64,000 nt of DNA, from positions 32,178,001 to 32,242,000 of the forward strand of contig NC_043014.1 in the NCBI RefSeq assembly GCF_006345805.1, in the 5' to 3' direction. The stretch comes from Octopus sinensis (taxonomy: Eukaryota). The notes below the pieces were generated by a model. It made no database searches. It saw nothing but the letters and a program-made list of their open reading frames with translations, and was not told where the DNA came from. Shown here piece by piece: positions 53,379 through 64,000 of this stretch. The stretch's first letter is position 1, and each line of letters begins with the position of its first letter. The translations under genes and the position numbers were made by a program.

Positions 53379-53803
53379 TATAAAATCATAAATGACAGAG
53401 AAATAGTTTAATGAAATTTTATTTAGAAATAAGAAAATTCTATTATCATGACAAGTTGTTTTGTAACTTAAAAACATGTAAACAATTTATAATGTTATAT
53501 TTAATAATAAATAAATGACTGACATATTCTGCATTAATGTAAAATGCAAAAAAAATCTTTCAAAATAATAGTATTTAGCTTCCTTTCACCTGAGGATGTA
53601 GCTTAAATTCTGCATTATTTTGAAGGACTTTTTGAATTTTGCATTAAAGCAGATATGTAAGTAATTTATTTATTATTTAATATAATAATATAAATTGTTT
53701 ACATGTTTTTAAGTTATGAAACAATTTGCCATGTTATTAGAACTTTTTTTTATTGTTAAATAAAATTTCATCAAAATATTTCTCTGCCATTTATAATTTT
53801 ATA
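53379..53803. mobile_element. 425-bp AT-rich fold-back element (MITE-like)
   Basis: tataaaatcataaatgacagagaaata ... tatttctctgccatttataattttata; imperfect pairing along most of its length. Confidence 0.75.
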
Positions 53804-53979
53804 TTCTCTGTATCCTTTTCTCTTGCATATTACTATATATTCTATATGGTTTGTACAATGATACATTAAGGAACTTTTTTATTGGTACTACTGGATTACT
53901 TGGATCCATATATTGTGACTTAAATATATATATATATATATATATATACGCGAGAAAGAAGCAACAAGAATGGATAGGT

Positions 53980-54069
53980 TTTTAGTACGATCGTTTCATA
54001 CAAGGACAGGTTTTATTAAAAGTTGCAAAGATTACAGCATATAACGAGTCCCGTACTCATCAGCTAAAA
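53980..54069 (-). ncRNA. Minimal type-I hammerhead ribozyme, canonical core (mirror copy)
   Basis: Reverse complement of 54417-54507, 1 nt shorter in loop II. Confidence 0.85.
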
Positions 54070-54416
54070 TACATGTAAGTTCTCTAGACATCCTAGTGTT
54101 TGAGGCTATACTCATGAAGTAATGTAGATAATTAAACAGATTTCTAAAGTTCATTAAAGTTCTTTAAAGATGATGTACAGTCTTATCACAGAATTTAAAA
54201 AAGTTTTGATAGCATCACAGAGAAGGTGACCTAATCCATATGAATTTCCATATGAATCCCTTCTCTGTGATGCTATCAAAACTTTTTTAAAATTCTGTGA
54301 TAAGACTGTACATCATCTTTAAAGAACTTTAATGAACTTTAGAAATCTGTTTAATTATCTACATTACTTCATGAGTATAGCCTCAAACACTAGGATGTCT
54401 AGAGAACTTACATGTA

Positions 54417-54507
54417 TTTTAGCTGATGAGTACGGGACTCGTTTATATGCTGTAATCTTTGCAACTTTTAATAAAACCTGTCCTTGTATGAAACGATCGT
54501 ACTAAAA
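54417..54507 (+). ncRNA. Minimal type-I hammerhead ribozyme, canonical core
   Basis: ttttag CTGATGA gtac-gggac...gtcc-t-tgtat GAAA C-GATC-G TA ctaaaa; predicted cleavage after 54501 (GUA). Confidence 0.85.
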
Positions 54508-54650
54508 ACCTATCCATTCTTGTTGCTTCTTTCTCGCTTATAATCACCCCACATTACTGTATTGTTAAATCAGTATAGTTTTTTTTGGTGCATCTAAGTT
54601 AGGTACCATATTCAAGTAAATTCTTTTAAATTAACTTGAATCTTTATTGC

Positions 54651-54702
<52 letters not shown>

Positions 54703-55225
54703 ATTTATATATATATATGAAACAATTAAAATGAATATGGAGACTGGTACATTCTGAATATCTCTAATTTTAATTTCTAGTTTTACAGTTAGTTATACAT
54801 CATGACTGGTTTGTAATCCTGTGAAGTGAAACCAGGATTTACGCATTAGGAAGAAGTACAGCAGGATAGCCCACCCAAAGCCATCCTAAGTGCTCCTTCC
54901 TACTGAATGTGGAGCCCAGGCTATACCTAACTGTTTGTTTGCTGCCCACCGGGATTTCTATCTAGTTATCATATATATATATATACACATATACATACAC
55001 ACACGCATATACACACACATATACACACACATACACATGCATATAGGTTTGATAATGGCAACAAGAAAAATAGAACTCAAATCATGTTATTAATAATTGA
55101 CAGGTGTTACACACTAACTCAAGGGCCAAGTGTTTCATGCATTAGAACTCATCAAAACTTGAGTCACTCTATAACTTCTGCCAATTATATATATATATAT
55201 ATATATATAGGTACACACACACATG

Positions 55226-55259
<34 letters not shown>

Positions 55260-55729
55260 AGCACACACATATAGACAAGTAGACAGACAGATAGACATAC
55301 ATACATACATACATACAGACAGACAGACAGATAGATAGATTTATACTAACAAATGTATCTACATACATATCTTAAAAAGTCCTAGATGTGATTAAGAATT
55401 ATTTGAACGTAAACACATTCCTTTTTGGTTATATAGAAAATAGAAAAGAGGAAACTTTTTACAGACCATTTTTGGAGTTTATTGTCCACTCCTCTGAGGA
55501 TGATTTTTTTTCCAAATCATTAGCAAAGAATGTTCAGCTCAATATAAAACAGTCAGGAATTAAGCTATCACAGTAGTGGAAGTATAATTTGCATACTTGT
55601 CTTTTCATAGACATTGTTCTTCTCTTGGTTTACTCAGACTCTTCTAGATTACAATCTCAGACTACATATTTTATTGCATTATTCAACAAACCAATTTTTG
55701 TGCTCCTGCTTCATCCTTCTTCCACTACT

Positions 55730-55890
55730 GTAGGAGTGACTGTGTGGTAAGTAGCTTGCTTACCAACCACATGGTTCCGGGTTCAGTCCCACTGCGTGGC
55801 ACCTTGGGCAAGTGTCTTCTACTATAGCCTTGGCGGACCAAAGCCTTGTGAGTAGATTTGGTAGATGGAAACTGAAAGAAACCCATCATA

Positions 55891-55971
<81 letters not shown>

Positions 55972-56190
55972 ATATGTTTGTGTGTCTGTGTTTGTCCCCC
56001 CAACATCACTTGACAACCAATGCTGGTATGTTTATATACCTTTAACTTAGCGGTTCAGCAAAAGAGAGTGATAGAATAAGTACTAGGCTTACAAAGAATA
56101 AGTCCTGGGGTCGATTTGCTCGACTAAAGGCAGTGCTCCAGCATGGCTACAGTCAAATGACTGAAACAAGTAAAAGAGTAAAAGAGAGAG
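55730..56190 (+). mobile_element. SINE family A, full length
   Basis: Head, central (TA)n and tail. Confidence 0.85.
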
Positions 56191-56199
56191 AGTACCTTT

Positions 56200-56790
56200 A
56201 ATTCATTCCATTCCACTTTCCTGTCCACTTTCACATGATGTCTAACTCCAATTCTACATGTAATTCTACCCCCTACAATTGTATGTGCTTTTGTTAGTCT
56301 ATCTCTGACCCCGCCCCATGCTCCAAACTTAAAACCTTTCTTTCATCAGTAAAGGTATCCATTTCATACCCCCTAATCAGTAGCAAGTATCTACTTCATG
56401 ACCTCTCATCAACAGGCTTATCCAATTCATACTTTCCAATAATGAGTTCCAGACATACTGCCAGTGTTTCATGATTCCCATGTCAAGCAAAACCGATCCC
56501 TGATTTCTATGGCTCTCCACCCAACACCAAGCACTTCTGATTACTTCACAGGCTTTGCTTGCCAACCATCGCACTGGATGCTTTGCCCTGGTCAGCTTAC
56601 CATTTCAGACTTGGTTACAGATTTATGCCAGCATCAGGTTCAAGCAAATCCAATGCCTCAATATTACCTAGGTTGATTCTTCCTCATTCTACTGCCTCCA
56701 AGATGGCCCCAAGGGCAGCACCATGGTGGCACATGCACCAGTCTCTACAAAGGATTTGACAGCATTCTGAATCCTAATTCCACTTCCAAG
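56200..56790 (+). mobile_element. Decayed CR1/L2-like LINE 3' fragment
   Basis: Degenerate similarity to ..SHPxC..R..RF..SFxP end motif; low identity. Confidence 0.4.
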
Positions 56791-57961
56791 TATCTTCTGA
56801 TTGTGCTCCATAATCCACTGGTCATCTACTTGAGCTTACGTTATAGTCTACACACCACCGCAATATATTTCCTCCCCCAAATCCATAAATCCATTCACTC
56901 CAGCAACCCCAAACATTTCACCTGTAACTGCCCTACCCAATTCTGTTCTAACTGTCTCACGTATACATATGCCAGCTATTTTCTGTCACACATAACAAAC
57001 ATAAAACATCAACACAATTTAGCAAAAAACATCCATTCATTTGTACATACAAACGAACACAAGTATCCTGAATCAAATACATGTACATCAAATACATGCA
57101 TGCAAACACAATATACTTCTAAACGTACACACACACACACACATGTGAATACATGATAGCATTGACCTCATATGCAGAACAAACGTTTACATACAAAAGT
57201 CTACATTTGTCATTGACATAAACATACATACACACTTGAAATACACTCATGCAAAAAAACACAAACATACAAACACACACACACATACACATACACATGC
57301 ACAAACGTACACATACACACACGCACACATGCACACATACACGCATGCACACACACACACATGCATGCACACACACACATGCACACACACGCACATGCAC
57401 ACACATGCACACACACACACGCACACACACACACACTAAACATTCTGACATGAATTCTCATGCCTACTATTTTCTGTGCCACTATAATATTATCAACATC
57501 CCCACAACTCAACTAATACATGCACACACACTCACACACACACACACACACACTCACACACATACACTCACACACACGCACACACATACACTCACACTCA
57601 CACACACATCTACTATTGATACAAGGACACACTAGCATAATATACACATACATACCAAACACACACACACACATACATGTCTTATGGCTTGCACACAAAA
57701 TAACATACACATACAGACTCCAAAGACACAAATACATACATACATATACGACAGGTGATGCTGAGAAACAATCGACATTGCCTCCCTTTGAGAGCTCTTT
57801 GATGTCGAACACCACATTTTCATTTTCTCACTTTTGCCTCATTCAGAAATATGCCTGTCTCATAAATGCTTCTAGATTAAATCACTATTTTTTTCTTTTT
57901 ACTTTTTTACTCCGATTTTTTCATTCATTTTTCCTGTGTTTTTGCCATATTTCTCTTTTTC

Positions 57962-57998
57962 TTTCTGTTGATGGCCAAGTAAATCCGAAACGTCAAAC
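57962..57998 (+). ncRNA. Decayed minimal HHR (PLE-type)
   Basis: ttt CTGTTGA tggccaagtaaatcc GAAA CGTC aaac; A6 mutated, weak stem II. Confidence 0.4.
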
Positions 57999-58246
57999 TT
58001 TTCTTTCCTTCACTCAGTCAACATCAAACTAATACCAATTTTTATTGTTGTTTATTGCCTGTGCTGTTATTACACATTTAAATATGTACATTAAATATAT
58101 ACAGTTTGTATATGTGTGAGTGTATACGTGAGCATGTATATGAGTGTGTATATATGTTTGTGTAATGTGTGAATGTGTGAGTGTGTTTGTGTGTGTGTGA
58201 ACATATTTGAAAACATTTCCCCCCTGCTTATTTCATATATATATAT

Positions 58247-58297
<51 letters not shown>

Positions 58298-58604
58298 TAG
58301 TGTATATATACATGTATGTATATATATATATATAGATTTATATTATATATATATATATATGTATATGTATATATATGTATATATATATGTACACACATCA
58401 TATATATGTGTATGTGTGTGTATGTGTATACTTGCATACACACACATAGATACATGTTCATATAAATCAACTTAGAGAAAAATGCTTTCTCTTCAATCTA
58501 TTTGACAAAATATCTATCCCACATCCCCTCCTCTCAACCAGCACAAAAAATACATACAATCATGTAAATAGAATACAAATATAATTTATAATACAAGAAT
58601 GCAA

Positions 58605-58659
<55 letters not shown>

Positions 58660-60614
58660 TAGCAATGATAATAATATGAATTCAAAAATACATAAATTTA
58701 AATCTAATACAAGCCAATATAAGACACTGGTTTTCTTTGAATTACTTTATAATATTTGAAAAAAAAAATCAGTCATTCAGTAGTTTTGATGTATCTTTTT
58801 TTTGTTGTTGTTGCTATTGATGTCGTTTTTTATTTCCTTTTTCTTGTGGTGGTGGTGGGTTCGGTTTTCATTACTTTAACAATAAGCAAGCAAGAAAATT
58901 AAACTAAATTATGAACAAGCAACAATGAAATAAACCGAAATGGAAAGGGATGAAAGTACATTTATATTTTTTATTGTTGTCGCTGTTGTTGTTGTGCTCT
59001 TCTTATTTATTTCTTATTTATTGATATTATTATTGTTGCTGTTGTTGCTGTTCTTGTTAATATTATTATTATTTATTATTATTGTTGCTATTGTTAGTAT
59101 TATCAGTATTATTTATATAATCTTATTTTGTCAATATAACTTTTTCTATTTATTTTTGCGAGTTCATGTCTAGTTTTTTTTTTTTGCATGTGCATTTTTT
59201 TTTGTTGTACATAAGGGGCCTTCCATTTTGCTACAGAGGTTAGTGCTGTAGCTGTTGTTGTCTTATGCCAATTGGCTTATTTGCTTTGGCTGTTGGGATG
59301 CTTGGTTGCATGATTAGCTAGCTAGCAAGCTTGTTTGCTGTTTTAGTTTCCCCGAGAAATACTATATTCATGTATTCATGTGTACTTGTTTTAATCTTTT
59401 TTTACCCTAATTTTAATGTATTCCAATTTTTAAAAATGCCTTTTATTTTCTGAATTTTTTAAAATTTACAATTTTCAATTATTCTTTAAATTTAAAAGTT
59501 TTTAAACTTATTAAATTTTTTAAATTAAAAAATAATTTTCTTATTGATGTTGATGTTGCAGTTGTTTTGCTCTAGTTTACATTTTTGGTTTGTTGGCTGC
59601 TTCTCTAGCGAGTTGGCGAATGGCTCAGCTGGTTTGTTTGCTTGTTGGGTTTGCCTAAGAGGTAAAGAGAGTATTCATATATTCAGTTCTAATTTTGCTT
59701 TTAATTTTAGTTCTTTTAATTACATTTGGCTTTCAATTACCAATACTGCTGATTGTGTGTGCTTATTTGAATGTATGTATATGAGTCAATGTGTGTGTAT
59801 GCATATGTGTGTGTGGGTGTGTGTATGTACATATATATATATACATATTTATGTATGCATAGAGAGAGAGATAGAGACAGATAAATAGAAACGTGCGTGC
59901 GTATATATATTTATATATGCGTATATACATATATGTCTTTGTTTTTTGTTTATGTGTGTATGTGTGTATATATATATCTATGTGTGTATTGATGTATGTT
60001 TGTATTTAATTATATATCTATATATATATATGTTTGTGTGTGTGTGTGTATGTGTGTGTATAGAGAGAGAGGGGGAGTGAGAGAGATACAAGTGTGTGTG
60101 TATATATATATATATATATCTATACACAAACTTATACACAAAATATATGTCTTTGTCTATGCTTGTGTGTATATATATATATTTATGTGTGTGTCTTCAT
60201 ATATCTGTATTTGTGTTTAACTATGAATGCAAGCATTCATGTACTTTCACACGCCTGTGTGTATTGATGTATGTTTGTATTTAATTCAGTGTGAATATGT
60301 GTGCATGGTTCTTTATAAATGTGTGTGAATTTGACTTCTTTTGTGTATATATGTCTGAGCATTCAGTTCAGTTTACTTTCTATTTTTATATAATTTATTT
60401 TATAATTTTGGTTTCATTTTTTAATGTTTAAACTTTTATTTTAAATTTGGCAAGAAAATAAACAATTTGAAATATAAAAAAAAATGAATTTTCAAAATGG
60501 AAGAAAATATCCAAAGAAAAGAAATCACAGAGAATTCTTCAATTTTTTTTTTTTGTATTACCCAAATTTTAATTAAATGTACACTATCATTCTTCAGCTT
60601 TGTCCATGTAACTT

Positions 60615-60900
60615 TATATACACACACACACAAACACACACAAACATACCCACACACAAACACAAACATGCACACACAAACACACACAGACACACACACA
60701 CAAACACACACATACATAAACACATACACACTCAAACACACACACACATATACAAACACACACACACAAACACACACAAACACCCACAAACACACACACA
60801 AACACACACATACATAAACACACACACACTCAAACACACACACACATACACAAACACACACAAACACACACAAACACACACATACACACACAAACACACA

Positions 60901-60939
<39 letters not shown>

Positions 60940-61065
60940 ACACACACACACACACACATACAAACACACACACACATACACAAACACACACATACACACA
61001 CACACATACATAAACACACAGACATACACATGCACACACACAAACACACAAACACACACATGTGT
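60615..61065. repeat. (CA)n-rich degenerate microsatellite
   Basis: Direct reading. Confidence 0.9.
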
Positions 61066-61780
61066 ATATGATGATAATGGATCTTTGGTATTTCTCAATG
61101 AGGCTTCAGTTGTTCTATTGAGTGAAATATCAGCTCCTGAATTTACCCGTAAGTGGTTGAGCATTCCAAAAACACCTGTACCCTTAACACAATGTGCTGG
61201 CCGAATCAGTAGGATACAGTGTGTGACAATGCTATACATTTTGAAGTGTTATGTTTTGAATTCTCCACCCATTATAATGCTTCTCCCTCCTCTCATGTGT
61301 TATGCCTGTCACTCCCCCCTCTGTTCCAGTGTCGCAGACTAACAACCAATATCATATCTCTCTTGCCCTTCCCTGTATCAATTTTAAAAACACCTGGTGC
61401 ATGCCACCCACCAACCAACCTCAACTCGTGTGCATCCCGCTCTCTTTCCCAGTTCATGGTTCTTGCCCCATCCACCCAACACCCCACCTGTTTTGGCAGT
61501 TGCCTCTCCAACCCTCCTTCATCTTGCCATACAATCTTGCAAACTCCTCATCCACCCTCTTCTACTCAGTTTGTGCCTTGTGAGGTAACCTGAGCATTTT
61601 GTCTACACACACACATATATCAAACCGTCCAACCCATGCCAGCATGAAAAGCAGACATTAAACGATGATGAAAATGATGATGATGATATATATATGTGTG
61701 TGTGTGTGTATATATATATATATGTATGTATATATATATATACATATATATATATAATAATATAAATAATATATATAGGC

Positions 61781-62164
61781 GCAGGAGTAGCTGTTTGGTA
61801 AGTAGCTTGCTTACCAACCACAAGGTGCCACGCAGTGGCACCTTGGGCAAGTGTCTTCTACTATAGCCTCGGGCCAACCAAAGTCTGGTGAGTGGATTTG
61901 GTAGATGGAAACTGAAAGAAGCCCGTTGTATATATGTATATATATATGTTTATGTGTCTGTGTTTGCACCCCCAACATCTCTTGACAACCGATGGTGGTG
62001 TGTTTACGTCCCTGTAACTTAACGGTTCGGCAAAAGAGACCGATAGAATAAGTACTAGGCTTACAAAGAATAAGTACTGGGGTCGATTTGCTTGACTAAA
62101 GGCGGTACTCCAGCATGGCCGCAGTCAAATGACTGAAACAAGTAAAAGAGTAAAGTGTAAAGAG
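61781..62164 (+). mobile_element. SINE family A with internal deletion in the head
   Basis: Head and tail motifs. Confidence 0.8.
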
Positions 62165-62254
62165 TATGCATATATATATACATACATGTACATACTTACA
62201 TATATATGTATATACACATGCATATATGAGTACAGGATTTCAAAAAGCGTAAGC

Positions 62255-63727
62255 AACTGCATCCCACATTATTAGACAAATCAACCTTCTCTCAATAAAT
62301 AAATGTATAATTCATTCAAAACCAGTTGTTTTTCTACTGACTGTCAGCAACACCTATCTGTGCATATTCTGTTAAAATAAATCAGATCTGCACAGACACC
62401 AAAAAGTTGTGCCCATTTTTTTTATTGCGTAACATTTTCATTGTCACAAATTATTAGGCAAGTATAATAAAAATGATGTTTGAGTCAAAACAAACATTTA
62501 TTTAATTCAACAGTAAACGTTTAATAAAAACTTATTCTTAAAGGACTTAATGGGAAATACAATAATACGTTTGAATGGAAATAATCATGGGATTAAGATG
62601 TCATACAACTCTTAGTGTTTGATGTATGATCTTCCACATTCAATAACCTTCCTTACGTTCTAATTCATTAAATTTGTCAAGGTGTTGATACCTTCTTATA
62701 TATTCTTATATATTCTTCTTTGAGCAGCATCTACAATAGCATCCCAGAGAGCAACTTTACTTGGAAATTGCAGTCAGTTTTGGTAAATGTGCCTCTTCAG
62801 GGGAACAAGGTGGCCACTCCATCAAACGACCTCCAGAGAAACCTATTTGCTGCAGGTATTCCTTAGAATTCTTCGCTGCATGAGACGGGGCATTATCTCG
62901 CATGAAGACCAGCTTTCTCTTGAATGAAAGTTTTTGCTTTTTGAATGATGCTATCCCAAAATATCCCAAAATATGACCTGATCTCCCCTCCTGTTGGTGT
63001 CTCAACCGATGAGGATGGTTCCTGCTGATTGATACCGAAACTTTACTCCTGCCTTCTGATCCATCAAGAGTAGCATGACATTCGTTAGTGAACAGAACTG
63101 TTGAAAAATCTATTTTAATATATTCTTCACCCATTTCAATCTTTTCTGCTCATGAACAGCATTCAGAGGGAGCCTTGTAACAGGTTTAACATTTCTGGCT
63201 ACTTACTTCAAGAGGCAACACCTGGTAATTTTTGATACGTCTTCCCTGCAACAACATTTGAAGACTTCTCTACTTGTCAGGCATGGGTTCTACACAACTT
63301 CCCTTTTCATACATAACAAAATTCGATTCAAAGCAACCCTTGACTTACCCTTGTCTGCCCTCAACCGAAATAAGAGACTGTGCAAATTTCTTCACTGTTC
63401 AGTGATCTCTTCCCAGTATTTCTATGGTTGTTTTTCCTTTTCTAAGCTCTGACACGATGGTAGACTTCTCATTCGAGGTAAGATCACATTTCTAACCCAT
63501 AACGACAAGTTAGGCACCTGCCTAATAATTTGAGACAGCAGAAATGTTGCTACTACACAATAGTGGCTGCTGTTTGTTTTCGTTTGTGCAGATCCGATTC
63601 ATTTTAACAGAATGTGCGTAGGTAAGTGTTGCCAATAGTCAGTGGTGGGGAAAACAACTGGTTTTGAACAAATACACATTTATTTATTGAGAAAAGATTG
63701 GTTTGCCAAATAATGTGGAACACAGTG
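62255..63727 (-). mobile_element. Tc1-like element with long (about 200-bp) TIRs, transposase pseudogene
   Basis: TIRs about 62255-62462 and 63520-63727; VLFTNECHATLDG, FMRDNAPSH, MEWPPCSP. Confidence 0.85.
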
Positions 63728-63794
63728 TGTGTGTGTGCATATATATATAAGGATATATATATATATATATCCTTAAATCCTTAAAAATGTTTCA

Positions 63795-63939
63795 GCCCGA
63801 AGGCTGCAGCCATGCTGGGGCACCACCGCTGAAAGGCAAAGTTGGACCCCGGCGGAATTTGAACTCAGAACGTAAAGACGGACGAAAAGACACTAAGCAT
63901 TTCGCCCAGCATGCTAACGATTCTGCCAGCTCACTACCT
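63795..63939 (-). mobile_element. SINE family D head
   Basis: ttctgccagctcactacctt; gaatttgaactcagaacgtaaagacggacgaaa. Confidence 0.7.
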
Positions 63940-64000
63940 TATATATATATACATATATAATCATGCATACACACATTCATATACCCATCCACTCTCAACT

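Larger units (their letters stand above)
53950..54537. mobile_element. 588-bp near-perfect palindrome (277/279-bp arms, two 1-nt indels, 32-nt spacer) with an HHR in each arm
   Basis: Arms 53950-54226 and 54259-54537; spacer holds ccatatgaat twice. Confidence 0.95.

Noticed and set aside
53950-54537. Palindromes as pure assembly artefacts
   Set aside because: Not excluded for the perfect 26.8-kb case, but diverged arms (89-91%) in the others, indels here and the shared HHR architecture argue for real structures

Overview
AT-rich, repeat-dense eukaryotic genomic DNA, most likely an octopus (coleoid cephalopod). This is inferred from the style of the tRNA-derived SINEs, the R4/Dong and RTE LINEs and the very high microsatellite load; it was not database-checked. 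No host gene can be identified with confidence, only a few weak candidate exons, and the long ORFs in the track are microsatellite or palindrome artefacts. Identified mobile DNA: four SINE families (about 30 copies), a 5'-truncated R4/Dong LINE plus fragments, RTE and CR1/L2-like fragments, a full-length dead DD34D mariner with TIRs and TA TSD, a long-TIR Tc1-like element, a maT-like transposase, a Helitron Rep relic, and piggyBac-type and fold-back MITEs. The standout signal is a set of unrelated, non-coding 140-590 bp palindromes (23.3, 26.8, 27.8, 39.5 and 54.0 kb) whose arms carry minimal type-I hammerhead ribozyme (HHR) folds, intact or decayed, pointing outward. There are also solo HHRs at 4.5, 31.2 and 58.0 kb, and most of these elements sit in (TA)n tracts. 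The youngest is a perfect 298-bp zero-spacer palindrome whose hammerhead fold has the C3:G8 core pair swapped to G3:C8. All coordinates and folds were read by eye; repeat boundaries are approximate.
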